From assembly GCA_001797615.1 (NCBI GenBank), contig MGPV01000029.1, forward strand, positions 30,583 through 94,582: 64,000 nt of DNA, read 5' to 3'. Made by a program: the position numbers and the translations under genes. The notes under the pieces were generated by a model, which did no database searches, had not been told where the DNA came from, and saw nothing but the letters and a program-made list of their open reading frames with translations. Below, one piece after another: positions 27,784 to 37,883 of the stretch; positions within the stretch are counted from its first letter, which is position 1; the number at the start of each line of letters is the position of its first letter. Source of the stretch: Deltaproteobacteria bacterium GWC2_65_14 (GTDB taxonomy: Bacteria; Desulfobacterota; Deferrimicrobia; Deferrimicrobiales; Deferrimicrobiaceae).

Positions 27784-28194
27784 GTGCGGCGGGCGTCTCG
27801 GGAAAAGGTCTTTCAAACGCTCTTCATGATGGATGTCCTGGGGGTTGGCCCGGAGAAGGCCATCCCCCTTTTTGGTCTGTTCGCGGGGGAGCCGCCCGAC
27901 CCGGAATACTACCGGGAGGCCCTCGCCGGCGTCTGGGAGCACCGGGAGCAGATCGACGAGCTGATCGGGAAAGCGGCGGAAAACTGGCGGATCGACCGGA
28001 TGACCTTCGTCGACCGGAACATCCTGAGGCTGGGGGCCTTCGAGATTCTCCACTCGCCCGACGTCCCCTTCGCGGTGGCGATCAACGAGGCGGTGGAGCT
28101 GGGAAAGAAGTTCGGGTCCGGGGAGTCGGGGGCCTTCCTGAACGGCATCCTCGACCGGATCTGCGAAATCACGAACCGGAAAGGGAGCCCGTGA
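27784..28194 (+). CDS. nusB: Transcription antitermination factor NusB
   Basis: 136 aa; conserved post-ribH position. Confidence 0.88.
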   Translation: MRRASREKVFQTLFMMDVLGVGPEKAIPLFGLFAGEPPDPEYYREALAGVWEHREQIDELIGKAAENWRIDRMTFVDRNILRLGAFEILHSPDVPFAVAINEAVELGKKFGSGESGAFLNGILDRICEITNRKGSP

Positions 28195-30764
28195 AGTATC
28201 ACCCGGAGAAGATCGGGGGGAAGTGGCAGAAGCGGTGGGAGGAGGCGGGGGTGTTCCGGTGCCCCGACGAGCTGTCCGCCCCGAAATTCTACTGCCTCGA
28301 GATGTTCCCCTATCCCTCCGGCCGGATCCACATGGGGCATGTCCGGGTCTACACGATCGGGGACCTGATCGCCCGCTTCCGGCGGATGCGGGGGTTCCAG
28401 GTCCTCCACCCGATCGGCTGGGACGCCTTCGGGCTTCCCGCGGAGAACGCCGCGCACCGCCACGGGACCCACCCGGCCGCCTGGACCCGGGAGAATATCC
28501 GGGTCATGCGGGAGCAGCTCAAGGAGCTGGGGATCTCCTACGACTGGGACCGGGAGTTCTCCACCTGCTCCCCGGGGTATTACCGGTGGGAGCAGCTCTT
28601 CTTCCTGTGGATGCTGGAGGACGGGCTCGCCTACCGGAAGCGGGCCCGGCTGAACTGGTGCGACGAATGCCAGACCGTTCTGGCGAACGAGCAGGTGAAC
28701 CGGGACGGGACCTGCTTCATCCACGACCAGACGCCGGTGACCCAGCGGGAGCTCGAACAGTGGTTCCTCCGGATCACGCAGTACGCCGAGGAGCTTCTCT
28801 CTGGGCACGAGGAGCTTCGCGGGGGGTGGCCGGACAACATCCTGGAGATGCAGCGGAACTGGATCGGGAAGAGCGAGGGGGCGGAGCTCTCCTTTCCCCT
28901 GGCGGACGGCGGCGGAGCGATCACCGTGTTCACGACCCGTCCCGACACGATCTACGGGGCCACCTTCATGAGCATGGCCCCGGAGCATCCGCTCGTGCTC
29001 GAGTTCGCCCGGAAGGCGGGGCGCGAGGCGCAGGTCCGGGAGTTCGTCGAGCGGGTCTCCCGGCAGGACCTCGCCTCCCGGTCGAGCGAGGAGATGGAGA
29101 AGGAGGGGATCTTCACCGGCGGCTACTGCCTCAACCCGGCGTCGGGGGAAAGGATCCCGGTCTACACCGCGAACTTCGTGCTCTACGAGTACGGGACGGG
29201 GGCGGTGATGGCGGTCCCGGCGCACGACCAGCGGGATTTCGAATTCGCCCGCAAGTACGGGCTTCCGGTCAGGGTGGTCATCCGGCCGGAGGGGGAGGAT
29301 CTTTCCCCGGAAACGATGACGGCCGCCTACGAGGGACCCGGGGTCATGGTGGAGTCGGGCCCCTTCACCGGGACGCCGAACGAGGAAGGCAAGCGGAAGG
29401 TGATCGCCCTCTTCGAGGAGCGGGGGATCGGGAAGGGGAGGGTGCAGTACCGCCTGCGCGACTGGGGGATCAGCCGCCAGCGCTACTGGGGCTGCCCCAT
29501 CCCGGTCATCCACTGCGAGGCCTGCGGCCTGGTCCCGGTGCCGGAAAAGGATCTGCCGGTGGTCCTGCCGGAGGATCTCCCCTATTCCCGGGAGAAGGGA
29601 AATCCGCTGGCGCTGGCCGAGGAGTGGGTCCGGGTTCCCTGCCCCGCCTGCGGGAAGAAGGCGCGCAGGGAGACCGACACCTTCGACACCTTCTTCGAGT
29701 CGAGCTGGTACTTCCTCCGGTTCATCGACCCGGGGAACGAGCGGGAGCCGCTCGACCCGGAGAAGATGCGGCGCTTCATGCCGGTCGACCAGTATGTGGG
29801 CGGGGTGGAGCATGCCTGCATGCACCTGATCTACGCCCGCTTCTTCCACAAGTACCTTCGGGATCGGGGGCTGGCTCCGGGGAACGAGCCGTTCGCCCGG
29901 CTCCTTTCGCAGGGGATGGTCTGCATGCAGACGATGGAGTGCCCGAAGCACGGGTGGCGCTACCCGGAGGAGGTCGACGGGGAGTGGCGCTGCCGGCAGT
30001 GCGGCGAGCCGGTCGATATGGGGCGCTCGATGAAGATGTCCAAGTCGAAGCGCAACGTGGTCGAGCCCTCCACCCTCGTGGCGAAGTACGGGGCGGACAC
30101 CGCGCGGCTCTTTTCCCTGTTCGCCTCCCCGCCGGAGAAGGATCTGGACTGGAGCGAGGCCGGGGTGGAGGGAGCCTACCGGTTCCTGGGGCGGGTATAC
30201 CGCCTGGTCGCGCAGCGAAAGGATGCGCTCCGGGCTGCAGGTGCCGCCTGGAACGAGACCGACGCGGTCCGGGAAATCCGCCGCGTGACCCACGGGACGC
30301 TCCGGAAAGTGACCAGGGACGTCGAGGACCGGTTCCACTTCAACACCGCGATCTCCTCGATCATGGAGATGGTGAATTTCCTCTATCTGGTGGAGGACGC
30401 CGCCTGGACCTCCCCGGAGACGGCGCCCCCCCTCCGGGAAGCGGTGCGGATCCTGATCGTGATGCTCTCCCCGTTCGCCCCGCACCTCAGCGAGGAGCTC
30501 TGGGAGACGACGGGGAACGAGGGGCTTGCCTGCCGGCAGGAATGGCCCGCGCTGGACCGTGAGGCGGCGCTCGCCGAGGAGATCCTCGTGGTCGTCCAGG
30601 TGAACGGGAAGCTGCGCTCCCGGATCACCGTGGACGCCGGCGCCGGGGAGGAGGAGATCCGGGCGCTGGCGATGTCGGACCCGAAGGTTCAGGAGTTCAC
30701 CCGGGACGGAACCATCCGCAAGGTGGTCTACGTGCCGGGGAAGCTCGTGAACATCGTCCTGTGA
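28191..30764 (+). CDS. leuS: Leucyl-tRNA synthetase
   Basis: 857 aa with HMGHVRVYT and KMSKS motifs. Confidence 0.95.
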   Translation: MKYHPEKIGGKWQKRWEEAGVFRCPDELSAPKFYCLEMFPYPSGRIHMGHVRVYTIGDLIARFRRMRGFQVLHPIGWDAFGLPAENAAHRHGTHPAAWTRENIRVMREQLKELGISYDWDREFSTCSPGYYRWEQLFFLWMLEDGLAYRKRARLNWCDECQTVLANEQVNRDGTCFIHDQTPVTQRELEQWFLRITQYAEELLSGHEELRGGWPDNILEMQRNWIGKSEGAELSFPLADGGGAITVFTTRPDTIYGATFMSMAPEHPLVLEFARKAGREAQVREFVERVSRQDLASRSSEEMEKEGIFTGGYCLNPASGERIPVYTANFVLYEYGTGAVMAVPAHDQRDFEFARKYGLPVRVVIRPEGEDLSPETMTAAYEGPGVMVESGPFTGTPNEEGKRKVIALFEERGIGKGRVQYRLRDWGISRQRYWGCPIPVIHCEACGLVPVPEKDLPVVLPEDLPYSREKGNPLALAEEWVRVPCPACGKKARRETDTFDTFFESSWYFLRFIDPGNEREPLDPEKMRRFMPVDQYVGGVEHACMHLIYARFFHKYLRDRGLAPGNEPFARLLSQGMVCMQTMECPKHGWRYPEEVDGEWRCRQCGEPVDMGRSMKMSKSKRNVVEPSTLVAKYGADTARLFSLFASPPEKDLDWSEAGVEGAYRFLGRVYRLVAQRKDALRAAGAAWNETDAVREIRRVTHGTLRKVTRDVEDRFHFNTAISSIMEMVNFLYLVEDAAWTSPETAPPLREAVRILIVMLSPFAPHLSEELWETTGNEGLACRQEWPALDREAALAEEILVVVQVNGKLRSRITVDAGAGEEEIRALAMSDPKVQEFTRDGTIRKVVYVPGKLVNIVL

Positions 30765-30768
30765 CGCC

Positions 30769-31287
30769 ATGAGGCGGGCGCTCCCTCTGTTCCTCTTCCT
30801 GCTCTTCCTCCTTCCGTCCTCCTGCGGGTACCGCCTCCGGGGCGATCCGGACTCACGGTTTTCCTCCTCCGAAGTTCGGGTGGACCTCCGTCCCTTCGCG
30901 AACGCCTCCCTCTTCCCGGATGCGGGGGCCTTTCTCGCGGGACGCCTGCGGGAGGAGATGCGGCGGGGAGGGTTCCGCGGGATCTTCGACAGGCGAAACG
31001 CCGATTTCCTCGTCGAGGGGACGATCCGGGATGTGCGGGAGGATGTCTCCTCGCACGGGGCGGACCGGTTTTCCCTGGAGCACCGGATGACCCTCCTGGT
31101 CGATATCCGGGTTGTGGAGGGGGTCCGCGGCCGCGTTCTCTGGAAAGAGGAGGGGCTTTCGGAGAGCGCTTCCTATTTCTCCGGCACCGATTTCCAGTAC
31201 ACGGAGGCGAACCGTAGAATGGCGTTCGAGGAGATCTGCCGGAGGATGGCGAGGCGGATCGGGCAGACGCTGCAGGTGCTCCTGTGA
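30769..31287 (+). CDS. lptE: LPS-assembly lipoprotein LptE
   Basis: Lipoprotein signal LLPSSCG; 172 aa; conserved position after leuS. Confidence 0.8.
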   Translation: MRRALPLFLFLLFLLPSSCGYRLRGDPDSRFSSSEVRVDLRPFANASLFPDAGAFLAGRLREEMRRGGFRGIFDRRNADFLVEGTIRDVREDVSSHGADRFSLEHRMTLLVDIRVVEGVRGRVLWKEEGLSESASYFSGTDFQYTEANRRMAFEEICRRMARRIGQTLQVLL

Positions 31288-32210
31288 AGGTGCCCGCCTT
31301 TTTCCGGGGGTGGATTTCGGGAAAGCCGACCCCGGCCTTCCTGCTCGGTGGGGAGGGAACCGGCCTGGCGGAGATGGTCGCGGAGCTCTGGCTCGCCCGC
31401 CTGGCCGGGGAAGGGGAGACGGCGGAGCTGCTTCGCCCGAGCGCGCCCGACATGGAGCGGGAATCGCCCGTCCCGGGCTGGAGGACCCCATCGTTCTTCT
31501 TCCGCTTCCGGGTGGTCCTCCTCCCCGACTTCGCGGAGGTCAAGAAAGGGCCCCGGGCGGAGATCCTCTCCTATCTGGGGACTCCCGATCCGGACGTCCT
31601 GCTGGTGATCCCCTGTTCGGACCGCAATATGATGCGGGGGATTTCGGCCGTTCCGGGGGTTCGCGCGGCCTCGCTCCGGGAGGATCAGGCCGACGGGATC
31701 CTGGCGGAGTATGTTTCCGGCCTGGCGGTCGAGGCCGGGAAGGAAATGGCGGAGGAGGTCGCTCTCTTCCTCGTGCGCTGGACGGGAGGCGATTATCCGC
31801 GTCTCAGGGCGGAAACGGCAAAGGTTCTCGCGTTCGCGGCCGACCGGAAGGAGATCGGGGAGGAGGAGATCCGGCAGGTCTGCGTGTCCGGCGGGTCGGT
31901 CGACCCGTTCCGCATGGCGGACGACCTGATCTCCCGGAACCGGGAGGCCTGCATCGGGCAGTTCCGGCGGTTCGCCGCCTCGGCCGAGTCGTCCGACTAC
32001 CACGCCCTGGTGGGAGCGATCGCCTGGACGGTGAGAAAACGGGCCGCGGGACAGGGGTACCGGCGGGGGGGGCGATCCGGGGCGGTATCCCGTGAGCGGG
32101 CGGGAGAGGTGCTTTCCGCCCTTTCCAGGATCGATGCGGGATTGAAGGGGGGTAGCGGTCTTTCCCCGGAACAGCTGTTCGAGATCCGGATGCTTGGGCT
32201 TCTGCTGTGA
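31284..32210 (+). CDS. holA: DNA polymerase III delta subunit
   Basis: 308 aa; leuS-lptE-holA synteny; clamp-loader delta-like features. Confidence 0.75.
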   Translation: MKVPAFFRGWISGKPTPAFLLGGEGTGLAEMVAELWLARLAGEGETAELLRPSAPDMERESPVPGWRTPSFFFRFRVVLLPDFAEVKKGPRAEILSYLGTPDPDVLLVIPCSDRNMMRGISAVPGVRAASLREDQADGILAEYVSGLAVEAGKEMAEEVALFLVRWTGGDYPRLRAETAKVLAFAADRKEIGEEEIRQVCVSGGSVDPFRMADDLISRNREACIGQFRRFAASAESSDYHALVGAIAWTVRKRAAGQGYRRGGRSGAVSRERAGEVLSALSRIDAGLKGGSGLSPEQLFEIRMLGLLL

Positions 32211-32224
32211 GGAGGGAAGCGGGG

Positions 32225-32503
32225 CTACCCGGCCGAAGCCGTGGACGCCTTGTGGACCGCCCTGGAGAGCCGGGCCACCTTGCGCGCGACCGTTTTCCGG
32301 TGCAGGACCCCCTTGGAGCCGGCACGCCCGATGAGGGAGGCGGCCCTGGAGAGGATTTCTCCCGCCTTGTCCAGGTTCTTTTCCTCGATCGCGGAGCGGA
32401 CTTCCTTGACGGCGGTCTTGACCGTGGAACGGATATGCCGGTTCCTGGCTCGTTTCTTCAGGCTCTGCTTCTGCCGCTTGATGCCCGATTTCAGTCTGGC
32501 CAA
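32225..32503 (-). CDS. rpsT: 30S ribosomal protein S20
   Basis: MARLKSGIKRQKQSLKKRARNRHIRS…. Confidence 0.93.
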   Translation of the reverse strand: MARLKSGIKRQKQSLKKRARNRHIRSTVKTAVKEVRSAIEEKNLDKAGEILSRAASLIGRAGSKGVLHRKTVARKVARLSRAVHKASTASAG

Positions 32504-32554
32504 CGGGATCCTCCTCGGGGTGTCGCCGATTTTCCGGCAAAGGAGAAATTTACT

Positions 32555-33172
32555 ATGAGAGGGTTATCCATGTCAAAGAAAAAGAGTTCCGTAAGGGTGG
32601 TGAACGGTGGAGCCGGTCTGCCACTTTCTTCGGGAGGGGGGCGCGTTTCCCGATCCCGCCCCGTGGAGCTTCCGTTCGGAGTCGCCTGCGCGGTGATGGC
32701 GGAGGGGCTTCTCTGCTCCATCGAGTGGGAGTCCTCGCCTGAAGCGCTGGAGGAAGCACTCGCAACGAAGTACCCGGAAGCGGCGATGACGCGGCGGGGG
32801 GACGGGGTGCCGGGGGATCTCCTCCTGGCGTACGGGAAGGGGAGGGTCATCCGGAGGGAGGAGATCGCCGCCATCCGGTTCGACTGGAGCCGGGTGAGCC
32901 CCTTTTCCCGGGAAGTCCTGAAGGAGCTGGCGAAGGTTCCCTACGGGAAATCGATCACGTACGGGAAGCTGGCGGAACGTTGCGGGAGACCGGGCGCCGG
33001 ACGGGCCGTGGGGAACGTCCTCTCCCGGAACCGGTGGCCGCTTCTCCTGCCCTGCCACCGGGTGCTCGCGGCGGGACAGAGGATCGGGGGATTCGCAAAG
33101 GGGACCGCGGTCAAGGAAGCGCTGATCCGGTTCGAAAGGAACTCGGTGGCGGGCGAAAAGAGTGCCCAATAA
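32555..33172 (+). CDS. ogt: Methylated-DNA-protein-cysteine methyltransferase
   Basis: Active-site PCHRV. ATG at 32555 with an AAGGAG RBS. It lies inside a longer track ORF. Confidence 0.85.
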   Translation: MRGLSMSKKKSSVRVVNGGAGLPLSSGGGRVSRSRPVELPFGVACAVMAEGLLCSIEWESSPEALEEALATKYPEAAMTRRGDGVPGDLLLAYGKGRVIRREEIAAIRFDWSRVSPFSREVLKELAKVPYGKSITYGKLAERCGRPGAGRAVGNVLSRNRWPLLLPCHRVLAAGQRIGGFAKGTAVKEALIRFERNSVAGEKSAQ

Positions 33173-33274
33173 AAAGGCAAACTGTATAACCCGCAATTCC
33201 TGCGCAGCGCGGAGAGGACATCCACAGGGATTTCCCCAGCCAGTCCACAGCCGGTGTGGAGAACGGGGGAGATG

Positions 33275-34048
33275 TCAGCGGGAGATCCGTTTCGCTTTTT
33301 CCCAGAGCCTGTCCAGCGTCTCCATATCGGCGTTCTCGATGGAAACGCCTGATTCCGCGGCGATTATTTCCATAGCCCGGAACCGCTTCTCGAAGCGGCG
33401 GGTCGCCCCGGACATCGCGATCTCCGGGTGGATCCGGAGGAAACGGGCGAGATTTACCAGGGCGAAGAGGAGATCCCCGAATTCGTGCTCGATCTCGTCC
33501 GGATCGCCCCGCTCGATGGCGGTTTTCAGCTCCTCCGTCTCTTCGTCCACCTTGGCGAGCACCTGGCCGCTGTTCTCCCAGTCGAACCCCGCCCGCGCCG
33601 CTTTCTTCGTGATCTTCGCCGCCCGGAGAAGGGAGGGGAAGGTGCGCGGGACGCCTCCGATGATCGAGGCTGGATTCCTGTTCTCCATCGTCTTCTTGAT
33701 ATGGTCCCACTGGAGGGAAACCGCTTCGGGAGTCGCGGCGGTCGCGTTCGAGAAGACGTGGGGATGCCTCCGGATCATTTTCCCGGAGATGGAACGGATC
33801 ACGTCCGAAATGTCGAATTCCCCCCGTTCCCGGGAGATCTGGGCGTGGAAGAGGACCTGGAGCAGCAGGTCGCCCAGCTCCTCGCAGAGCGAGTCGGGAT
33901 TCTTCCGGGAAATGGCATCCAGGACCTCGTACGCCTCCTCCAGGAGGTACTGGCGGAGGGTGGCATGGGTCTGGGCCCTGTCCCACTCGCATCCGCCCTC
34001 GGAGCGGAGCCGCTCCATGATCCCGACAAGCTTGCGGAATTCGTCCAT
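33275..34048 (-). CDS. mazG: Nucleoside triphosphate pyrophosphohydrolase MazG
   Basis: Two MazG EExxE repeats (LEEAYEVLDAI…, EELKTAI…EFGDLLFAL). Start ATG 34048 with GGAGGA RBS. The track's longer 5' extension is an artefact. Confidence 0.88.
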   Translation of the reverse strand: MDEFRKLVGIMERLRSEGGCEWDRAQTHATLRQYLLEEAYEVLDAISRKNPDSLCEELGDLLLQVLFHAQISRERGEFDISDVIRSISGKMIRRHPHVFSNATAATPEAVSLQWDHIKKTMENRNPASIIGGVPRTFPSLLRAAKITKKAARAGFDWENSGQVLAKVDEETEELKTAIERGDPDEIEHEFGDLLFALVNLARFLRIHPEIAMSGATRRFEKRFRAMEIIAAESGVSIENADMETLDRLWEKAKRISR

Positions 34049-34087
34049 ATCGGCTTTTCCTCCGGGTAATGGTATCATATCTCTTTT

Positions 34088-35998
34088 ATGAGGAAGGAAA
34101 ATCCCATCGGTCTCCGCCTCCTTGTCCTCACGATCGTTCTGACGCTCCCCGTATGCATCGGATCCCTGTTCCCGGAGCCTTGCGAGGCGGGAGGCCCCTT
34201 CGCTTCGTATGCGGAATCCGTCCGTGCCCGGGCGGAGAAGGTGGTGGCCGCCGCGGGGCCGGGGAAAGAGGAGGAGCTCGGGAAGCAGGTGCGGCTTCTC
34301 CGCAAGGAGATGCACGCCTACGGGATACTCTCCCTGAACTCCGTCGCGGACCTGGTCTACGAGAAGGCGGTCGGGGAAGGGTGGAAACGCGACGGGGCGC
34401 CGTTTCTGCGGGCGGTGGCCGATGTCGCGCCTCTCTCCGTCCCGATGTGGGCCTGGCTGGTGAAGGAGGACCTGCTCGGCGGCCGCATGCAGGACCTGGT
34501 GCGGGATTTCGACGGCATGGTGGGAGCGGTGCGCCGGTTCGGACCCGCGCTGCTCGGGTACGCATCCTGGCTGATCTCCTTCCTGGCCGCCGCGGTCTGC
34601 TGGTTCGCGGTCTGGGCCTCGATCGCACTCTTTCTCCGTGCCCGTCCCTCGCTCGAATCCGACATCGGCCGTTTTTTCCGGTTTCCGGGCGGGGGCTACC
34701 TGTCCGTCCTGGCGGCGGCGGCGCTCTTTCTCCTCCCCCTCTTCGCCGGGTTCGGGCTGGCGATCGCCGCCTGCATCTGGCTGGCCCTTTCCGCCGCCTA
34801 CCTGCGCCGGGCGGAGATCCTGATGATGACCAGCGTGATTCTATTGCTGGCGGCCCTGCTGGCCGGGGGGAGCGTCCTGCATTCCCTGAAGCGGTTGACG
34901 GGAGAGGTGCAGCGGGGAGGATGGCTGGGAACGGAAGGCTATTTCCCGGAGGAGTGGCCGGACGCCTCCTATCTTCCGATGAAAGGGGAGGAGCGGGCGC
35001 CGATCTCGAGGCTGGTCCGCTTTTCCAGGGGGAGAGCCGCCATGATGGCGGGAAAGGCCGCGGAGGCGGAGAAGATCTGGACGGAGCTGGTTTCCGGGGG
35101 AGGATCCCCGGCGGGGGTCCTGAACAACCGGGGGATCGCGCGCGCGCAGCAGGGGAGACTGGAAGAGGCGCTGGCCGATTTCGAGGAGGCGCTCCGGAAG
35201 GCGCCGGGAGACGGGGCCACGTTATGGAACGCCTATCAGGCCTACCTGCGGCTGTTCAACCTGGAGAGGTCGAGGGCCCTGCAGCCGGAGGCCTGGGAGA
35301 AGGTCCAGGCGATGGCCCCCTACAATCTCCGTCCCGCCGAGATGGAGCAGGGGGAGTGGATCGCGTCGCCCCTGAACGTAGGGGACATCTGGAAGTCCTT
35401 TTTCGCCCTCCGGGGAGACTGGATCCGGGAGGCCGGGGAAAGCGACATCTTCCGCCTCTATTTCCGGCCGCTCTCCGCAACCGTCTCCCTGGTGTTCCTC
35501 GCCCTGGTCTGGCTGATCGCGGGGGCCTGGAAAGTGCTGTCGATGAAGGTCTGGGTGAACCGGACCTGCCGCGGGTGCGGCGTGCGCACCCTCATCGTCG
35601 GAAGCCGGGAGGCCCATGAATTCTGCAACCAGTGCCGGTCCCGCATCGCGGGAGCGTCCAACGACACCGGGGAACCGGACCGGAGGGGACAGGGGATCGC
35701 GATGCACACCGCCTACGTGCGCGCGTGCTCCGTGCTTGTCCCGGGTTCCGGATGGCTCTGGTCCGGGAAGGAGATCCGGACGATGGTCTACGGGATCCTG
35801 CTTTCCCTGTCGCTGGGGCTTCTTTCCTCCTCGATCGGCGCGCTGGATGGCGGGACGATCGTGGCCGACCTCGAGAGAACGGTCACCTTCCTGGCGATCG
35901 GCCTCGCGGCGGTCTTATGGCTCGCGGGATCGGTCGCCGGGCTCCGTTCCTTCCGGAAGATGCAGCGGGAGCTTGGGATCCTGCCGGCGGGGAGGTAG
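34088..35998 (+). CDS. Polytopic membrane protein with TPR repeats and a zinc-ribbon, function unknown
   Basis: 636 aa: signal/TM segment, clusters of hydrophobic helices, TPR-like ARAQQGRLEEALADFEEALRKAPGDGATLWNAYQAYL, and CRGCG…CNQC. Confidence 0.7.
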   Translation: MRKENPIGLRLLVLTIVLTLPVCIGSLFPEPCEAGGPFASYAESVRARAEKVVAAAGPGKEEELGKQVRLLRKEMHAYGILSLNSVADLVYEKAVGEGWKRDGAPFLRAVADVAPLSVPMWAWLVKEDLLGGRMQDLVRDFDGMVGAVRRFGPALLGYASWLISFLAAAVCWFAVWASIALFLRARPSLESDIGRFFRFPGGGYLSVLAAAALFLLPLFAGFGLAIAACIWLALSAAYLRRAEILMMTSVILLLAALLAGGSVLHSLKRLTGEVQRGGWLGTEGYFPEEWPDASYLPMKGEERAPISRLVRFSRGRAAMMAGKAAEAEKIWTELVSGGGSPAGVLNNRGIARAQQGRLEEALADFEEALRKAPGDGATLWNAYQAYLRLFNLERSRALQPEAWEKVQAMAPYNLRPAEMEQGEWIASPLNVGDIWKSFFALRGDWIREAGESDIFRLYFRPLSATVSLVFLALVWLIAGAWKVLSMKVWVNRTCRGCGVRTLIVGSREAHEFCNQCRSRIAGASNDTGEPDRRGQGIAMHTAYVRACSVLVPGSGWLWSGKEIRTMVYGILLSLSLGLLSSSIGALDGGTIVADLERTVTFLAIGLAAVLWLAGSVAGLRSFRKMQRELGILPAGR

Positions 35999-36001
35999 CG
36001 C

Positions 36002-36889
36002 GTGAAGGGAAAGATTACCGACTTCGGCATCCCGGAGATCTTCCAGCTGGTGGCGACCCAGGGGAAGTCGGGCGCCCTGACGATCCAGGGGGACGAACGC
36101 AAGACGGTGTTCCTCTTCACCGACGGGATGATCGTCGACGTGCAGCCGGACCGGCGGCAGGCGCGGGCGGACCTTTTGGGGAACATGATGGTCGACGCGG
36201 GATACCTGACGGAGGAGGAACTTCGCCGCCTTCTCGCAATGCAGGAGAAGGAGGGGAAGAAGCTCGGGGAGCTTCTCGTCGAACAGGGAAAGATCACGCG
36301 GGAGATTCTCTCAAGGTACCTCTATCTCCAGGTGAAGGAGAGCCTGTACCACGCCCTCATGATCAAGGAGGGGGAGTACCAGTTCGAGCTCTTCGCCGTC
36401 CGGCCTCCCTCCTGGATGTCTACCCCGATGCGGGCGGATGTCCTCATGATGGAAGGGGTCCAGTTTCTCGACGAGTATCCGAGGATCCGTGCGAGGTTTC
36501 CGTCCGGAAAATTTCTCGTCTTCCCGAAGAAGGGGATCCGGATCGATTCCAAGGTTCTGCCGTCGGAGGAGAGGGCGGTCTGGAAGGCGGTGGAGTACTC
36601 CAGCGACCCGTACAAGATGTTCCGGAAAGCGTGTCTCACCTGGTTCGAGGGGATCAAGGCCCTCTGGGCCCTGACCGACCGCGGGCTGGTGGAGGTCGTC
36701 GCCGAGGCCGAGGAACGGGAGGATCCCTGGAGGGCCGCGCGGGCGGACCTCAAGCATCGGCGGCGGGTGGCATGGGTCCGCGCCGCGGTGTGGGCGGTCG
36801 CGGCCATGGTCGCGGGTCTGTGGGCGTACATGGTCCTCCTCTCCCCGCGGGCGATCGGGGCCTTCGGCGGATGGGCCGGGTTTTTCTAA
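36002..36889 (+). CDS. DUF4388 domain protein with a C-terminal TM helix, function unknown
   Basis: The N-terminus GKITDFGIPEIFQLVATQGKSGALTIQGDERKTVFLFTDGMIVD matches my memory of DUF4388. It starts 4 nt after the upstream gene, so an operon is likely. Confidence 0.65.
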   Translation: MKGKITDFGIPEIFQLVATQGKSGALTIQGDERKTVFLFTDGMIVDVQPDRRQARADLLGNMMVDAGYLTEEELRRLLAMQEKEGKKLGELLVEQGKITREILSRYLYLQVKESLYHALMIKEGEYQFELFAVRPPSWMSTPMRADVLMMEGVQFLDEYPRIRARFPSGKFLVFPKKGIRIDSKVLPSEERAVWKAVEYSSDPYKMFRKACLTWFEGIKALWALTDRGLVEVVAEAEEREDPWRAARADLKHRRRVAWVRAAVWAVAAMVAGLWAYMVLLSPRAIGAFGGWAGFF

Positions 36890-36905
36890 CGGATCGGAGG
36901 AACGG

Positions 36906-37883
36906 GTGAGGCAGGCAGAACGGCGGGAGGAGACGCTCCGTTTCGACGATTCCGCCCTGCTCGCGGATCTGTTCGGCACCCACGACGATCATCTGAGGAT
37001 CGTGGAGGGGCATCTGGGCGTCTCCTGCAACCCGAAGGGGAACCAGGTCGACCTGTCCGGGGACCCGCTCCAGGTAGAGCTCGCCTCGAAGGTCCTCTCC
37101 GGCCTCTACCACGTCCTCCGGAGGGGGATCCCGGTGACGTCGAACGACGTCGCGGCGGCCCTGCGGATCGTCTGCGCCGACCGCAACGCGGAGGTGTCGG
37201 ACGTCTTCCAGGACGTGGTGTTCCGTTCGTCTCGCAACAAGATCATCACCCCCAAGAGCGTCGCGCAGAAGCGGTATCTCGACGCCATCCGGGAACGGGA
37301 CATCGTGTTCGGCGTCGGCCCCGCGGGAACGGGGAAGACGTTTCTCGCCATGGCGATGGCGGTATCCTATCTCATGAAGAAGGAGGTCCGGCGGATCGTG
37401 CTCGCCCGCCCCGCCGTGGAGGCGGGGGAGAAGCTCGGGTTCCTTCCGGGGGACATGGCGGAAAAGGTGAACCCCTACCTCCGTCCGCTGCACGACGCCC
37501 TCTATGCGATGCTCGAGTACGAGCAGGCGGGGAAGCTGATGGAGCGGGGCGTCATCGAGGTCGCCCCGCTGGCGTTCATGCGGGGTCGGACGCTGAACGA
37601 CTCCTTCGTCATCCTGGACGAGGCGCAGAACACGACCACCGAGCAGATGAAGATGTTCCTGACCCGGATCGGGTTCGGCTCCAAGGCGGTGATCACGGGG
37701 GACATCACGCAGACCGACCTGCCGTCGGGAAAGGTATCCGGCCTGAACGAAGCGCTCTCGATCCTGGATGGGGTGGAGGGGATCCGCTTCTGCCGGTTCA
37801 CCGAGATCGACGTCGTCCGCCATCCGATCGTGCAGGAGATCATCCGGGCCTATGAGCGGCATGAGAAGCGGCCCTCCTCCTGA
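36906..37883 (+). CDS. phoH: PhoH-like ATPase (YbeZ)
   Basis: Walker A GPAGTGKTFLA; PhoH family. Confidence 0.9.
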   Translation: MRQAERREETLRFDDSALLADLFGTHDDHLRIVEGHLGVSCNPKGNQVDLSGDPLQVELASKVLSGLYHVLRRGIPVTSNDVAAALRIVCADRNAEVSDVFQDVVFRSSRNKIITPKSVAQKRYLDAIRERDIVFGVGPAGTGKTFLAMAMAVSYLMKKEVRRIVLARPAVEAGEKLGFLPGDMAEKVNPYLRPLHDALYAMLEYEQAGKLMERGVIEVAPLAFMRGRTLNDSFVILDEAQNTTTEQMKMFLTRIGFGSKAVITGDITQTDLPSGKVSGLNEALSILDGVEGIRFCRFTEIDVVRHPIVQEIIRAYERHEKRPSS

